A stretch of 64,000 nt of DNA from Gemmatimonadaceae bacterium (GTDB taxonomy: Bacteria > Gemmatimonadota > Gemmatimonadetes > Gemmatimonadales > Gemmatimonadaceae): assembly GCA_044224875.1 (NCBI GenBank), contig JBGAJQ010000007.1, positions 32,001 through 96,000 of the forward strand, in the 5' to 3' direction. The position numbers and the translations under genes were made by a program. The notes beneath the pieces were generated by a model. The model worked only from the letters and a program-made list of their open reading frames with translations, had not been told where the DNA came from and made no database searches. Positions 20,932 through 30,511 of the stretch are shown here, one piece after another (the stretch's first letter is position 1; the number at the start of each line of letters is the position of its first letter).

Positions 20932-21983
20932 CCGAAACGCAGTGGCGCTTCCTGAAGGCCATCGCCGAGCGGGTGCCTGGCGACCGCATTGTCGAGCTGC
21001 GACTCTTTCCGACGATTCGACAGGGCGGCGCAGAGAGTGGAGTGGCGGTGGTTGCCGTGGAGGAACTAGCGCTGGAGCCGATCGGGGGTGAGCTGGATGC
21101 AGCTGCCGGTGAGACGATGGATTCGGGGCGTGACGCCGCCGACGCCGCCGACGCCACCGACGTCGCCACGATGGAGTCATCGGACACGTCCGAGGATGTT
21201 GGGGCTGGCGACGAGACCGCCGAAATGCCGGCCGATCAGTTGGCAGTCACCGAGGAAATGACCTGGGGGGCCCCCCCCGAATTAGAGGATACCGCCCACT
21301 CGGCAGCGGACCGTCACCATTCCATTCCCGCCCCCATCGGTTCCCCGCAAGCCGATCCGGCCAGCTCTCACGCGCCTGACGTCGAGGTGCCCCTGACCGG
21401 TCAGCTAGGCACGACGGCCGCTTCCGCCGCGTCGCCGCTGCCGCGTCTCGGCGGTGAGGACGCCGACCCAACAGATCTGGCGGAACGGCAAGTGACGCCA
21501 GCGATGGCCGATTCCAGCCAGTTCCCAACAGTCGCCGACGTCGTCAATCCAGCCGCACCGGATCTGGCCGCAACCTCCGAAGCGGCCCCGCGGATCGTCG
21601 CCGAACAGGAAGTCGCGCTCGCCGTCGACCTCGATGACGGTGAGTTGGAGCCAGCCGAAGGTGAGCCGATGCCTTCCCTCGATGACATCCTCGACCTTGC
21701 AGCGGCATCGGCAGCGAACGAGAGCGTCATCCAGGCAGCCGCTCGCCAGTCGCCCAAGCGCTACGCGGTGCTGGCCGCACGCTATCGCCTCACGCTCAAG
21801 GGCCCTGAACGCGGCAAGTGGGACTTCGAGATCACCCACGAGGCAGACGCCCCGCTCGATACGGTGGAGCGTGTCGCCCGAGGTGTCGCGCGACGTGCCG
21901 GTGATGCTGGAGATCCGGAGTCGTTCTCAGCTCCGCAACTCCGCTCGACGCTCGCCCAACCCTGGTGGAACAGCGCGACGTAA
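20928..21983 (+). CDS. Hypothetical protein: ordered ends flanking a long acidic low-complexity region
   Basis: ATGA-coupled to the upstream gene and overlaps the fur start. Centre is rich in D/E/A/P. Confidence 0.75.
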   Translation: MTETQWRFLKAIAERVPGDRIVELRLFPTIRQGGAESGVAVVAVEELALEPIGGELDAAAGETMDSGRDAADAADATDVATMESSDTSEDVGAGDETAEMPADQLAVTEEMTWGAPPELEDTAHSAADRHHSIPAPIGSPQADPASSHAPDVEVPLTGQLGTTAASAASPLPRLGGEDADPTDLAERQVTPAMADSSQFPTVADVVNPAAPDLAATSEAAPRIVAEQEVALAVDLDDGELEPAEGEPMPSLDDILDLAAASAANESVIQAAARQSPKRYAVLAARYRLTLKGPERGKWDFEITHEADAPLDTVERVARGVARRAGDAGDPESFSAPQLRSTLAQPWWNSAT

Positions 21984-22414
21984 TCGCCGAGTTCAAGCAC
22001 TACCTCCGCGATCACAACCTCCCCGTCACCAACCAGCGGGTCGCCATCGCGGAAGTCGTGCTCCGTTCCGAGCGGCACCTATCGGCAGAAGAAGTACTCG
22101 AAGAACTGAAGCAGCGCGGTGCGGCCGCAGGGCAGGCCACGGTCTATCGCACCCTCGACGTGCTGGTGCGGAGTGGCCTTGCCGTGGAGCGGGACTTTGG
22201 TGAGGGCTGGAAGCGGTACGAACCGGCTCGTGATGTTCCGCACCACGAGCACCTGCTTTGCACCGTCTGTGGCCGCGTAACGGAGTTTCGCGACGAGCGC
22301 CTCGAGCGCATGACCACCCTCGTGGCGACCGCACACGGCTTCTCGCGACTTCGTCACCGCTTGGTGATCCACGGCGTGTGTCGTGACTGTCAGCAGGGCC
22401 CCACTTCGCGGTAG
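21965..22414 (+). CDS. fur: Fur-family transcriptional regulator
   Basis: TNQRVAI, HLSAEE, ATVYRTL, HHEHLLCTVCG, CRDC. Confidence 0.93.
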   Translation: MEQRDVIAEFKHYLRDHNLPVTNQRVAIAEVVLRSERHLSAEEVLEELKQRGAAAGQATVYRTLDVLVRSGLAVERDFGEGWKRYEPARDVPHHEHLLCTVCGRVTEFRDERLERMTTLVATAHGFSRLRHRLVIHGVCRDCQQGPTSR

Positions 22415-22423
22415 AATTCAAGA

Positions 22424-23149
22424 ATGCAAGAAACCGCCATCGGACCAACGATCGCCTTTACCGCCGGGCTGCTGTCCTTCCTGTCGCCCTGCGTGCTGCC
22501 ACTGATTCCCAGCTACATCACCTTTATCACCGGCCTGTCCCTTGACGATGTGGGAAAGGCCCGCCGTGCCGCCCTGATTCACGGGGTGTTGTTCGTGCTG
22601 GGGTTCTCCCTGATTTTTCTTGCGTTGGGCGCGAGCGCAACCCTGTTGGGTCGTATCCTGTTCACCAAGCGCGACTGGCTGGCCAGGATCGGCGGTGTGA
22701 TCATCATCGTCTTCGGGTTGTACCTGCTGGGCGTGCTCAACATCGGCGCGTTCAGTCGCGAGCGGCGATTGCACATTGCCGACAAGCCGGCGGGATACCT
22801 GGGGACCGTTGTGGTGGGGATCGCTTTTGGGGCCGGTTGGACGCCGTGCATTGGCCCAATCCTGGGCTCGATCCTGATTTACGCGGGGAGTCAGGGCGAC
22901 CAGGCGCATGGGTTGACCCTGCTCGCCTTCTACTCGTTAGGGCTGGCTGTTCCGTTCCTCTTGTCGGCCCTGGCCATCGAGCGGTTTGTGACGGTGTTCC
23001 AGCGACTGAAGCGCCAGATGGTGTGGGTGTCACGAGGCGCCGGCGTGCTCATGATCGGTATCGGCCTGTTGATGCTGACGAACCAGTTCACCGTGTTGGC
23101 GTCGTACCTGCAGGCGTTCACCCCCGAGGCCCTGCGAAGCCGGCTCTAG
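22424..23149 (+). CDS. ccdA: Cytochrome c biogenesis protein CcdA
   Basis: SFLSPCVLPLIPSY and WTPCIGPIL motifs, multiple TMs. Confidence 0.93.
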   Translation: MQETAIGPTIAFTAGLLSFLSPCVLPLIPSYITFITGLSLDDVGKARRAALIHGVLFVLGFSLIFLALGASATLLGRILFTKRDWLARIGGVIIIVFGLYLLGVLNIGAFSRERRLHIADKPAGYLGTVVVGIAFGAGWTPCIGPILGSILIYAGSQGDQAHGLTLLAFYSLGLAVPFLLSALAIERFVTVFQRLKRQMVWVSRGAGVLMIGIGLLMLTNQFTVLASYLQAFTPEALRSRL

Positions 23150-23166
23150 GTGGGGCGACCGCGCGG

Positions 23167-24936
23167 CTAGTCCCCGACGACCGCGCCCTCGATCTCCTCC
23201 TCCAGCTGCTGCCGTGAGAGTAGTTCGGTGTAGCGGCCGCCACGCGCGAGGAGCTCCTCATGTTTCCCGCGCTCCACGATCCGACCGTCATCCAGGACGA
23301 GGATCAGGTCCGCCTCGCGCACGGCGCTCACGCGATGTGACGCCACGATCGCCGTCCGATGCTCGAGTGCCTGGTGCAACCCGTGGAGAATCGCCGCCTC
23401 GGTGTGCGTGTCCACGGCCGACAGGGCATCATCCAGCAGGACAATCGACGGATGCCTGGCCAGCGCGCGCGCCAAGGTGGCGCGTTGCTTCTGGCCTCCC
23501 GATAAGTTGATGCCGCGCTCACCCAACATCGTGTCGTAGCCCCCAGGGAACTCGGCGATGGTCTCGTCCAGCTGTGCGATCCGAGCCGCGGCGTCCGTGT
23601 CGGTCGCATCGGGCGCGCCATAGCGGAGGTTGGAGCGAATCGTCTCGGAGAAGAGCAAACTCTCCTGAGGCACCACACCGAGTTCGCGCCGGAGTTCTGC
23701 GATCGGGATGTCCGTCGTGGGAATGCCGTCGATCAACACGTCCCCAACCTGCGGGTCGTAGACCCGGGGAATGAGGTCGAGGAGGGTGCTCTTACCGCTG
23801 CCGGTTGCACCAACGATGGCCAGCGTCTCGCCGGCGTCGAGTCGGAACGAGATGTCGCGCAAGACTTCGCGCGGCGCCTCTCCGGCTCGCGCCGGGTAGT
23901 GAAAGGCGACGTTGCGAAACTCGATCGAGCGCCCGCCCGTGGCCGGGGGCAGTGCGCGAGGGGTGGACGACTCGTCGCGTACCGCGGGTCGCGCGGCCAG
24001 GACCTCGTTCAATCGAGTCATGGAGGCGGCGGCGCGCTGAAACAGGTTCATCACCCAGCCTAACGAAATCATCGGCCATGTCAGCATGCCCAGGTACATG
24101 CTGAAGGCGACGAAGCTCCCGACGGTGATGCCGCCGTGCAGGGTCAGGATGCCACCGGCGGCCAACACGATCACCGCGCCACCGCCGGCCAGGAGACCGA
24201 AGGCCGGGTTCATGATCCCATACAGCTTGGCCAGGTCCAGGTTGCGGCGCACGTACTCGCGCGACATGAGCTCAAACCGCTCGACCTCCGATTGCTCCTG
24301 ACGGTACGCCCGCACGATGCGCGTGCCGCTCAGGTTCTCCTGCACCCGTGTCGTGAGGGCACCGAAGTGCTCCTGCACGGCCTCGAACCGGTCGTGAATC
24401 GACGTGCCGAGCTTGCGCATCACGACGGGCAGGAGGGTGAGTGGCAGGAGCGCCAGGGCCGTCAGGCGTCCGTCGATGCGCAGCATGAAGGCGAGCGCGA
24501 AGATCCCGCCGAACAAGGTGCTGGTGAGATACATGATCGCCGGGCCGGCCGCCATCCGCACGGCGCCGATGTCATTCGTTAGGCGTGCCATGAGCTCGCC
24601 GGTGCGCGTCGTGCCGTAATACGACGCGTCCAGCGTCAACAACTTGCCGTACAAGTCGCGCCTGAGGTCCGTCTCGATCCGCCGGCTCAGGCCGTTCATG
24701 AGTTCCCGCATCAGGAAGCGAAACCCCCCACCAATCAGCGACACCGCCACCATGGCGCTCGCCAGCAGCGCCACCGGCCGCACGCCGCTTCCCGCGCGGA
24801 TGTCGTCCACCGCCGATCGCACCAACCACGGGTTGATGCTGGACAGCGCCCCGCTGATGACGATCGCGAACACTCCCCAGAGGAGTGATCTGCGATACGG
24901 CCGGTAGTAGGGAAGCAGCGTTCGCAGCGATCTCAT
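23167..24936 (-). CDS. ABC exporter (TMD plus NBD, MdlA-like)
   Basis: Six TMs, GATGSGKS, LSGGQKQR, LDDALSAVD. Confidence 0.94.
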   Translation of the reverse strand: MRSLRTLLPYYRPYRRSLLWGVFAIVISGALSSINPWLVRSAVDDIRAGSGVRPVALLASAMVAVSLIGGGFRFLMRELMNGLSRRIETDLRRDLYGKLLTLDASYYGTTRTGELMARLTNDIGAVRMAAGPAIMYLTSTLFGGIFALAFMLRIDGRLTALALLPLTLLPVVMRKLGTSIHDRFEAVQEHFGALTTRVQENLSGTRIVRAYRQEQSEVERFELMSREYVRRNLDLAKLYGIMNPAFGLLAGGGAVIVLAAGGILTLHGGITVGSFVAFSMYLGMLTWPMISLGWVMNLFQRAAASMTRLNEVLAARPAVRDESSTPRALPPATGGRSIEFRNVAFHYPARAGEAPREVLRDISFRLDAGETLAIVGATGSGKSTLLDLIPRVYDPQVGDVLIDGIPTTDIPIAELRRELGVVPQESLLFSETIRSNLRYGAPDATDTDAAARIAQLDETIAEFPGGYDTMLGERGINLSGGQKQRATLARALARHPSIVLLDDALSAVDTHTEAAILHGLHQALEHRTAIVASHRVSAVREADLILVLDDGRIVERGKHEELLARGGRYTELLSRQQLEEEIEGAVVGD

Positions 24937-25032
24937 GTTGCGGCCATCGCTTGCCTCGGTGCCGTGGGGCACGGCACCTTTAGGGTGTTCCAAGGTACTG
25001 TACGAGCCCTGCACCCGATCGGAGGTAAATCC

Positions 25033-25938
25033 ATGACCAAATATACGCGCCGCGCCGTGGCTCCCATTGCTGCGCTCGCGCTGGCCGCGATTGTCGTCTC
25101 AGCCTGCAACAAGGGCGATTCCAATGCGTTGACGCAGGACTCGAGTCTCTCGCGCGACTTGGCGCGCGTGGGGGCGGACACTGCGGTCCAGCCCGAGCTG
25201 AAGGACGTGCCGGCGGAGGCAACGCCCCCGGCCACGACCCCGCCCGTGGAGACGAAGCCACAATCGCAGCCCAAGCCGAAGCCCAAGCAGCCGCCAGCGA
25301 AGGCGAACCCGACCCCCACCCCGACGCCGGCGTCCGCGCCGCCCCCGAGCGACGTCACGGCATCGGGCAACAAGGTGTCCACCGGGGCCGCCGGCTCTGA
25401 GAAGCCGTTAGGCAGCATTGGCGCTGGAACCACGCTGACGCTCGCATCCACCGAGAAGGTGTGCACCAACACGAATCATGTCGGTGATCGTTTCGTCGCG
25501 ACTGTCTCCAACGACGTTCAGGGGTCGAACGGTGCCGTGGTTCCTGCCGGTTCAAAAGTCGTTATCGAGGTCACGAAGCTGAAGCGCAGCGAGAACACCA
25601 ACGATCGCATTGAGATCGGCTTGCGTGTGGTATCGATCGCTGTTGGCGACAAGACCTATACGCCGGATGCCGACATTGTCACCGCCCAGGTCGACCGCGT
25701 TCGTAACTCGTCCAAAGGAAACGATACGAAGAAGGTGCTCGGCGGCGCCGTGGCCGGCGCCATCCTTGGGCAGGTGATCGGCAAGGACAAAAAGGGCACG
25801 ATCATCGGCGCCGCGGCTGGCGCGGCGGCTGGGGGCGCGGCTGCCGCCGCGACCGCCAATTTCGAGGGCTGCGTCAATAACGGCGCCCAGATCACCGTGA
25901 AGCTGAACTCGTCCATGACCGTGGCCGCGTCCAACTAG
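25033..25938 (+). CDS. Lipoprotein with Pro-rich linker and glycine zipper
   Basis: VSAC lipobox, PKPKP/PTPTP linker, GGAVAGAILG..GAAAGAAAGG. GGAGG RBS. Confidence 0.85.
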   Translation: MTKYTRRAVAPIAALALAAIVVSACNKGDSNALTQDSSLSRDLARVGADTAVQPELKDVPAEATPPATTPPVETKPQSQPKPKPKQPPAKANPTPTPTPASAPPPSDVTASGNKVSTGAAGSEKPLGSIGAGTTLTLASTEKVCTNTNHVGDRFVATVSNDVQGSNGAVVPAGSKVVIEVTKLKRSENTNDRIEIGLRVVSIAVGDKTYTPDADIVTAQVDRVRNSSKGNDTKKVLGGAVAGAILGQVIGKDKKGTIIGAAAGAAAGGAAAAATANFEGCVNNGAQITVKLNSSMTVAASN

Positions 25939-25960
25939 CTGGATGTTCAACGAGCCACCG

Positions 25961-25987
25961 ACGGGCCGCCACCTTGGCGGCCCGTTT
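25961..25987 (+). terminator. Probable intrinsic terminator
   Basis: 11-bp stem ACGGGCCGCCA-CCT-TGGCGGCCCGT followed by T residues, about 22 nt after the stop codon. Confidence 0.7.
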
Positions 25988-26180
25988 GGCGTTTACCCCC
26001 AGTTCACTCGCCCGGCGTCCACGCCGGGCCTAACGGGACGGACGTCCCCAAGCCCGCAGCTATTCCCTGACGAACGGTCCGGCTTCGTCCTGATCGCCTA
26101 GGTCGCCCTGGTATCGCATTTCTTCCATGGCCGACGTGCCCTCCTGGGACGTCAACGACAATTGCTGATGGAGAAAAGCC

Positions 26181-27428
26181 ATGCGGCTTCGACACCTTTT
26201 AGTTGTCCCCGTGCTGACGCTCGTCGGGAGCTCGGCACAGGCAATGAAGATTCCGGCCTTCGCCCGGAAATACAATGTCAGCTGCGTGCAATGCCACGCG
26301 CCTGTTCCGAAGCTCAACAAGTTCGGCGAGGCCTTTGCGGCGAATGGGTTCGAGTTCGCGAAAGGAGAGGCGCCGCGAGACACGGTGGGCACGGGCGATC
26401 CATTACTTCGCCTGCAGCGCACGTTGCCCCTCGCGGTGCGCTTCGACTCGTACATCACCGCGCTGTCGAAGAAGGAAGAGGGACAGAACTCCGCCGATTT
26501 CCAGTCGCCGTGGATCATTAAGCTGTTGAGTGGGGGGCAGGTGGCCGACAAGGTCAGCTACTACACGTACTTCCTGCTGACCGAGCGAGGCGAGGTCGCC
26601 GGCCTCGAGGACGCCTATGTCCAGTTCACCGACGTCTTTGGAACCAAGGCGAGCGTCATTTTTGGTCAGTTCCAGGTCTCAGACCCGGTGTTCAAACGCG
26701 AGCTTCGACTCAGCTACGACGATTGGCAGCTCTACCGCCTGAAGGTTGGCGATGCGACCCCCGATCTCACGTACGATCGTGGCGTGATGGCGATGATCTC
26801 TCCGTGGGAAGGCGCCGATGTGTCGGTTCAGCTGTTGAACGGCGGCGGACTTCAGGCGGGCTCCGAGCAGCAGCAGTTCGATCGGGATTCCAAGAAGAAC
26901 GTTGCGCTTCGCTACTCGCAGGCGATCGGACCGCTCCGGTTGGGTGGATTGGGGTATCGTGGTGCCGAGGAGGGGAACGGCGTTCGAAACACGATCACGG
27001 TGTGGGGGCCAGACGCCACCGTTCCGTTGGGCGGATTTGGCGAGATCAACGCGCAATTCCTGCGTCGGACGGATCGCGACCCGTTTTACGGGAGCTGCTC
27101 ACCGATACACCCATGCCCCGGTGGAGCCACGATTCCATTCGACACGAAGGTCGACGCGGCGATGGCCGAAGCCGTGCTGTGGCCACAGGGACCCGCCGGC
27201 CGAGTCTTTTTCACCGGCACCTACAACTGGATCAAATCTGATTCGCCGGTGATCTCACTACGCCTCGGCGAGCAGTCGAACGGCACGGGATTCCTGACCA
27301 AGTACCAGACGTTGAGTGGCGGGGCGCACTTCCTTTACAAGCGCAATCTTCGCATGATGGCGGAGATCGGACACGACTTTGAACGCAAGCAGACCCGGTT
27401 CATCGCCGGGACTGTGTTGGCCTTTTGA
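26181..27428 (+). CDS. Cyc2-like fused monoheme cytochrome c-porin
   Basis: Signal peptide, then PAFARKY-NVS-CVQCH-APV-PKL. Remainder has an amphipathic beta-strand pattern and ends in Phe. Confidence 0.78.
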   Translation: MRLRHLLVVPVLTLVGSSAQAMKIPAFARKYNVSCVQCHAPVPKLNKFGEAFAANGFEFAKGEAPRDTVGTGDPLLRLQRTLPLAVRFDSYITALSKKEEGQNSADFQSPWIIKLLSGGQVADKVSYYTYFLLTERGEVAGLEDAYVQFTDVFGTKASVIFGQFQVSDPVFKRELRLSYDDWQLYRLKVGDATPDLTYDRGVMAMISPWEGADVSVQLLNGGGLQAGSEQQQFDRDSKKNVALRYSQAIGPLRLGGLGYRGAEEGNGVRNTITVWGPDATVPLGGFGEINAQFLRRTDRDPFYGSCSPIHPCPGGATIPFDTKVDAAMAEAVLWPQGPAGRVFFTGTYNWIKSDSPVISLRLGEQSNGTGFLTKYQTLSGGAHFLYKRNLRMMAEIGHDFERKQTRFIAGTVLAF

Positions 27429-27435
27429 GACTACC

Positions 27436-27867
27436 ATGCATATGCATCGACACCTGATAGCGGTGGTGACGGGAATGGTCGTCGCTGCGACGATGGTCAG
27501 CGGGGTACGGCCGATCAGCTTCAACTGGTCGCCCATGTCGGCAGGCGCTGGGCAGGACACGAGCTTCTCGGCGGCGACGCTGGCGCTTGGGGAGAAGATC
27601 TTCCAGGGCAAGGCGGCCGGCGGGCTCTGCTTCTCGTGCCATGGTCCGGCCGCGAAGGGCACGAAGGGCCTCGCGCCGAACCTGACCGACGCCACGTGGC
27701 TGCACGGCGATGGCAGCTACAACTTCATCGTGTCCACGATCGAGTCGGGCGTGCCAAAGCCGAAGGAGGCCGCCGCACCCATGCCGCCCAAGGGCGGGGC
27801 CATGCTCACAACGGAGCAGGTGCGGGCCGTGGCGGCCTACGTCTACTCGCTGAGAGGCAAGAAGTAG
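27436..27867 (+). CDS. Monoheme cytochrome c, exported
   Basis: N-terminal hydrophobic segment, CFSCH, APNL, MPPKGG distal Met. Confidence 0.9.
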   Translation: MHMHRHLIAVVTGMVVAATMVSGVRPISFNWSPMSAGAGQDTSFSAATLALGEKIFQGKAAGGLCFSCHGPAAKGTKGLAPNLTDATWLHGDGSYNFIVSTIESGVPKPKEAAAPMPPKGGAMLTTEQVRAVAAYVYSLRGKK

Positions 27868-27875
27868 GTAGCGCG

Positions 27876-29627
27876 CTAGCGAGCGCTAGTCCCGCTCGCC
27901 CCGCTGGCGCGCGGCTCGCTCACGCCCTCCCAGCCGCGAGGCACGCGCATCACGGCGTTCGCGTTGGCCAGCCCGCCCATGAACCGCACCGCATGTCCCA
28001 TGGCGACGAGCGAGTCACGCACCGCCGGACTCAGCCCGTTGGTCTCCACCATCAGCGTATCTGGCAACGCCTGGTGGTGGAGACGCGGGGCGTGCATCGC
28101 GTCATAGAGGGACATGTGGTAATCGATCACGTTGATGATCACCTGTGACGTGGTCGTAATGATCCTCGGGCCGCCGGCAGCTCCAACCACCAGGAGCACG
28201 GAGCCCTTCGGGTCCACGACGATTGTTGGCGACATGGCGCTCAGCATCCGCTTGCCCGGGGCGATAGCGTTGGCCTCTCCTTGCACCAGCCCGAACATGT
28301 TCGGTTTGCCGGGCGCCGCGGCGAAGTCGTCCATCTCGTCGTTCATGAAAATGCCGACACTGGGCAGGTACACGGCGGAGCCGTAGACGTTGTTGAGCGT
28401 TGTTGTCGTGGCCACGGCATTGCCCTGGTCATCCACCACCGAGTAGTGCGTGGTGCTCTCTCCATCGGCGATCTGCTGGCCGTTTGAGGGCGTCGGCGTG
28501 TTGCGGTTCGGGTTGATCGTGCGCGCGAGTCGCTGCGCGTACGCCTTGGACGTGAGCTCGTCCAACGGCACCTTCACGAACGCCGGATCGCCAAGCTTGG
28601 CATTGCGATCAATGAATGCGCGCTGGTAGGCGGACGCCATGAGGTGTGCCCAGGCCGTGCTCCCCCAAGGTCGTGGAGGGCCCGACGCTTCGAGCATGTT
28701 CAGCGTTTCCGTGATCGTGATGCCACCCGACGACGCGGGGGGCATGGTGTAGAGCGTGTGGCCGCGATAGGTACTGACGATTGGCGTGCGCCACACGGGT
28801 TGATACCGCTTCAAGTCGTCCCGCGTGATGATGCCCCCACCGCGCTGCATGCCTTCGACCAGCGAATCCGCCGTCTCGCCCTGGTAGAATCCGCTCGCCC
28901 CGCGGTCGGCAATCAGCTGCAACGTGTGCGCCAGGGCGGGCTGCTTGAACAACGTGCCCGGCTTGAGCGGCTCTCCGTTGGGGTAGAAGACCTTGACCGC
29001 CTCAAAGCGCCCCAGGTAACCCTTGCTGGCCGTGAGTGAGCCGAAGAGCGCCGAGTCCACGACGAATCCGTCCCGCGCCAGTCGAATTGCCGGTTGCATG
29101 ACGTCGCGCAGCGGCTTCTTGCCGTACGAGGCGAGCGCCGCCACCATGCCAGCCACCGAGCCCGGCACGCCCGATGCGCGGTAGCCGACGATACTCTCAT
29201 TCGTCGGATTGCCTTGGGCATCCAGGTACATGTTGCGGCTGGCGGCAAGCGGCGCCACCTCCCGGTAGTCGATAGCCGCATGTCGGCCGTCGGCCATCCG
29301 GATCACCATGAAGCCCCCGCCGCCGACGTTTCCCGCCATGGGATAGGTCACCGCCAGGGCAAACCCCACCGCTACCGCGGCGTCCACGGCATTCCCGCCG
29401 GCTTGAATGATCTCGGTACCCGCATCCGACGCCAGCTTGTTGTTGCTGGCGATCATGAAGCGCTCGCCAAATGACGCCGTGCCCCCCGGGGCAAATCGCC
29501 AACCCGTCGGATACACCACCGCACTCCGCGACGGGGCCGCCGTGCCACCGCCCACGCTCGGCGTCGACGCCCGGCACGACACACCAAGGACCACCAGTCC
29601 CGCCACGGCGATGAAGACTCTGCGCAT
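27876..29627 (-). CDS. ggt: Gamma-glutamyltransferase, probable lipoprotein
   Basis: GGNAVDAA, IDYRE, TTHYSVVD autocleavage site, NDEMDDF, KRMLSAMSP. Confidence 0.95.
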   Translation of the reverse strand: MRRVFIAVAGLVVLGVSCRASTPSVGGGTAAPSRSAVVYPTGWRFAPGGTASFGERFMIASNNKLASDAGTEIIQAGGNAVDAAVAVGFALAVTYPMAGNVGGGGFMVIRMADGRHAAIDYREVAPLAASRNMYLDAQGNPTNESIVGYRASGVPGSVAGMVAALASYGKKPLRDVMQPAIRLARDGFVVDSALFGSLTASKGYLGRFEAVKVFYPNGEPLKPGTLFKQPALAHTLQLIADRGASGFYQGETADSLVEGMQRGGGIITRDDLKRYQPVWRTPIVSTYRGHTLYTMPPASSGGITITETLNMLEASGPPRPWGSTAWAHLMASAYQRAFIDRNAKLGDPAFVKVPLDELTSKAYAQRLARTINPNRNTPTPSNGQQIADGESTTHYSVVDDQGNAVATTTTLNNVYGSAVYLPSVGIFMNDEMDDFAAAPGKPNMFGLVQGEANAIAPGKRMLSAMSPTIVVDPKGSVLLVVGAAGGPRIITTTSQVIINVIDYHMSLYDAMHAPRLHHQALPDTLMVETNGLSPAVRDSLVAMGHAVRFMGGLANANAVMRVPRGWEGVSEPRASGASGTSAR

Positions 29628-29656
29628 CTGTGTCCAGCCTCGAAAGAAGTCGTTCC

Positions 29657-30337
29657 CTAGAATCCGACGCGAAGCCCGAAGGTGACCATGAAGTGACGGG
29701 CCAGCGTCTGCGCGTTCCCCGCGAGGTTGTCGCGCTCATGCACGCTATTCATGTACTCTCCCAACAACTCCAAACGCCAATCCCGCGCAAGCCCGTAACC
29801 AAAGCCGTAGCCCGCCGAAAAAAGAAAGTCGCGGTTTGATTTGGCTGGCGGCAAGTCTGCTTTCGGTGAGTCCTGCTCGAACGAGCCGAATTGCACGGCG
29901 CCGAGGAACAGGTGAAACGTCTGGTAGAGCCCCGTGTCGCCGCCATTTGGTGCGCCACCGTGGAAGTTCGCGCCATACGTCGCCACGGTGGCGTGGGCGT
30001 CGCACGTGCCGCACGTTCCCGACGCACCCGCATAAACCAGTGGCATTCGCGTGTACGAGCCGGCGATCCCCGCGGTAACCCCGCCCGCGATCTCATGCTC
30101 GACAGTGAACGTGATCGGAAAGCCCTGTCCAAAATCCCAGATCGAGCTGGAGTTGCCGTCCTGAACCTGCGCCATCTGCATGAACCCCATGCCAATGGAC
30201 GCCCAGTTGGACGGCGCGTCCGTCCCTCCCGTTCCGGACGGAATTCGCCCGCGCCCACGCCGGCCGCCCTCCTGGGCCTGGCCCGACGAGGCAACGGAAA
30301 TGATCAACAGCAGCGCGGTTGCGAGTCGAGTGAACAT
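29657..30337 (-). CDS. Small outer-membrane beta-barrel protein
   Basis: Signal peptide, alternating aromatic/Gly strands, C-terminal FGLRVGF. Confidence 0.7.
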   Translation of the reverse strand: MFTRLATALLLIISVASSGQAQEGGRRGRGRIPSGTGGTDAPSNWASIGMGFMQMAQVQDGNSSSIWDFGQGFPITFTVEHEIAGGVTAGIAGSYTRMPLVYAGASGTCGTCDAHATVATYGANFHGGAPNGGDTGLYQTFHLFLGAVQFGSFEQDSPKADLPPAKSNRDFLFSAGYGFGYGLARDWRLELLGEYMNSVHERDNLAGNAQTLARHFMVTFGLRVGF

Positions 30338-30511
30338 GGCGAAAGAAAGGCGGCTGGACCTAACGACAGAGTGAACACCCTCAAGTGGCCAAGTGGGCCA
30401 TCGTCACGTCCCAACATTCCACCGGGGCACCCTTGCGCGTAAGTTAGCCTTGGCAGCAGAGGAGTTACAACGCAACTCCGCGCCAAAGGAGCACTCCCAA
30501 ACCCCCGACCC

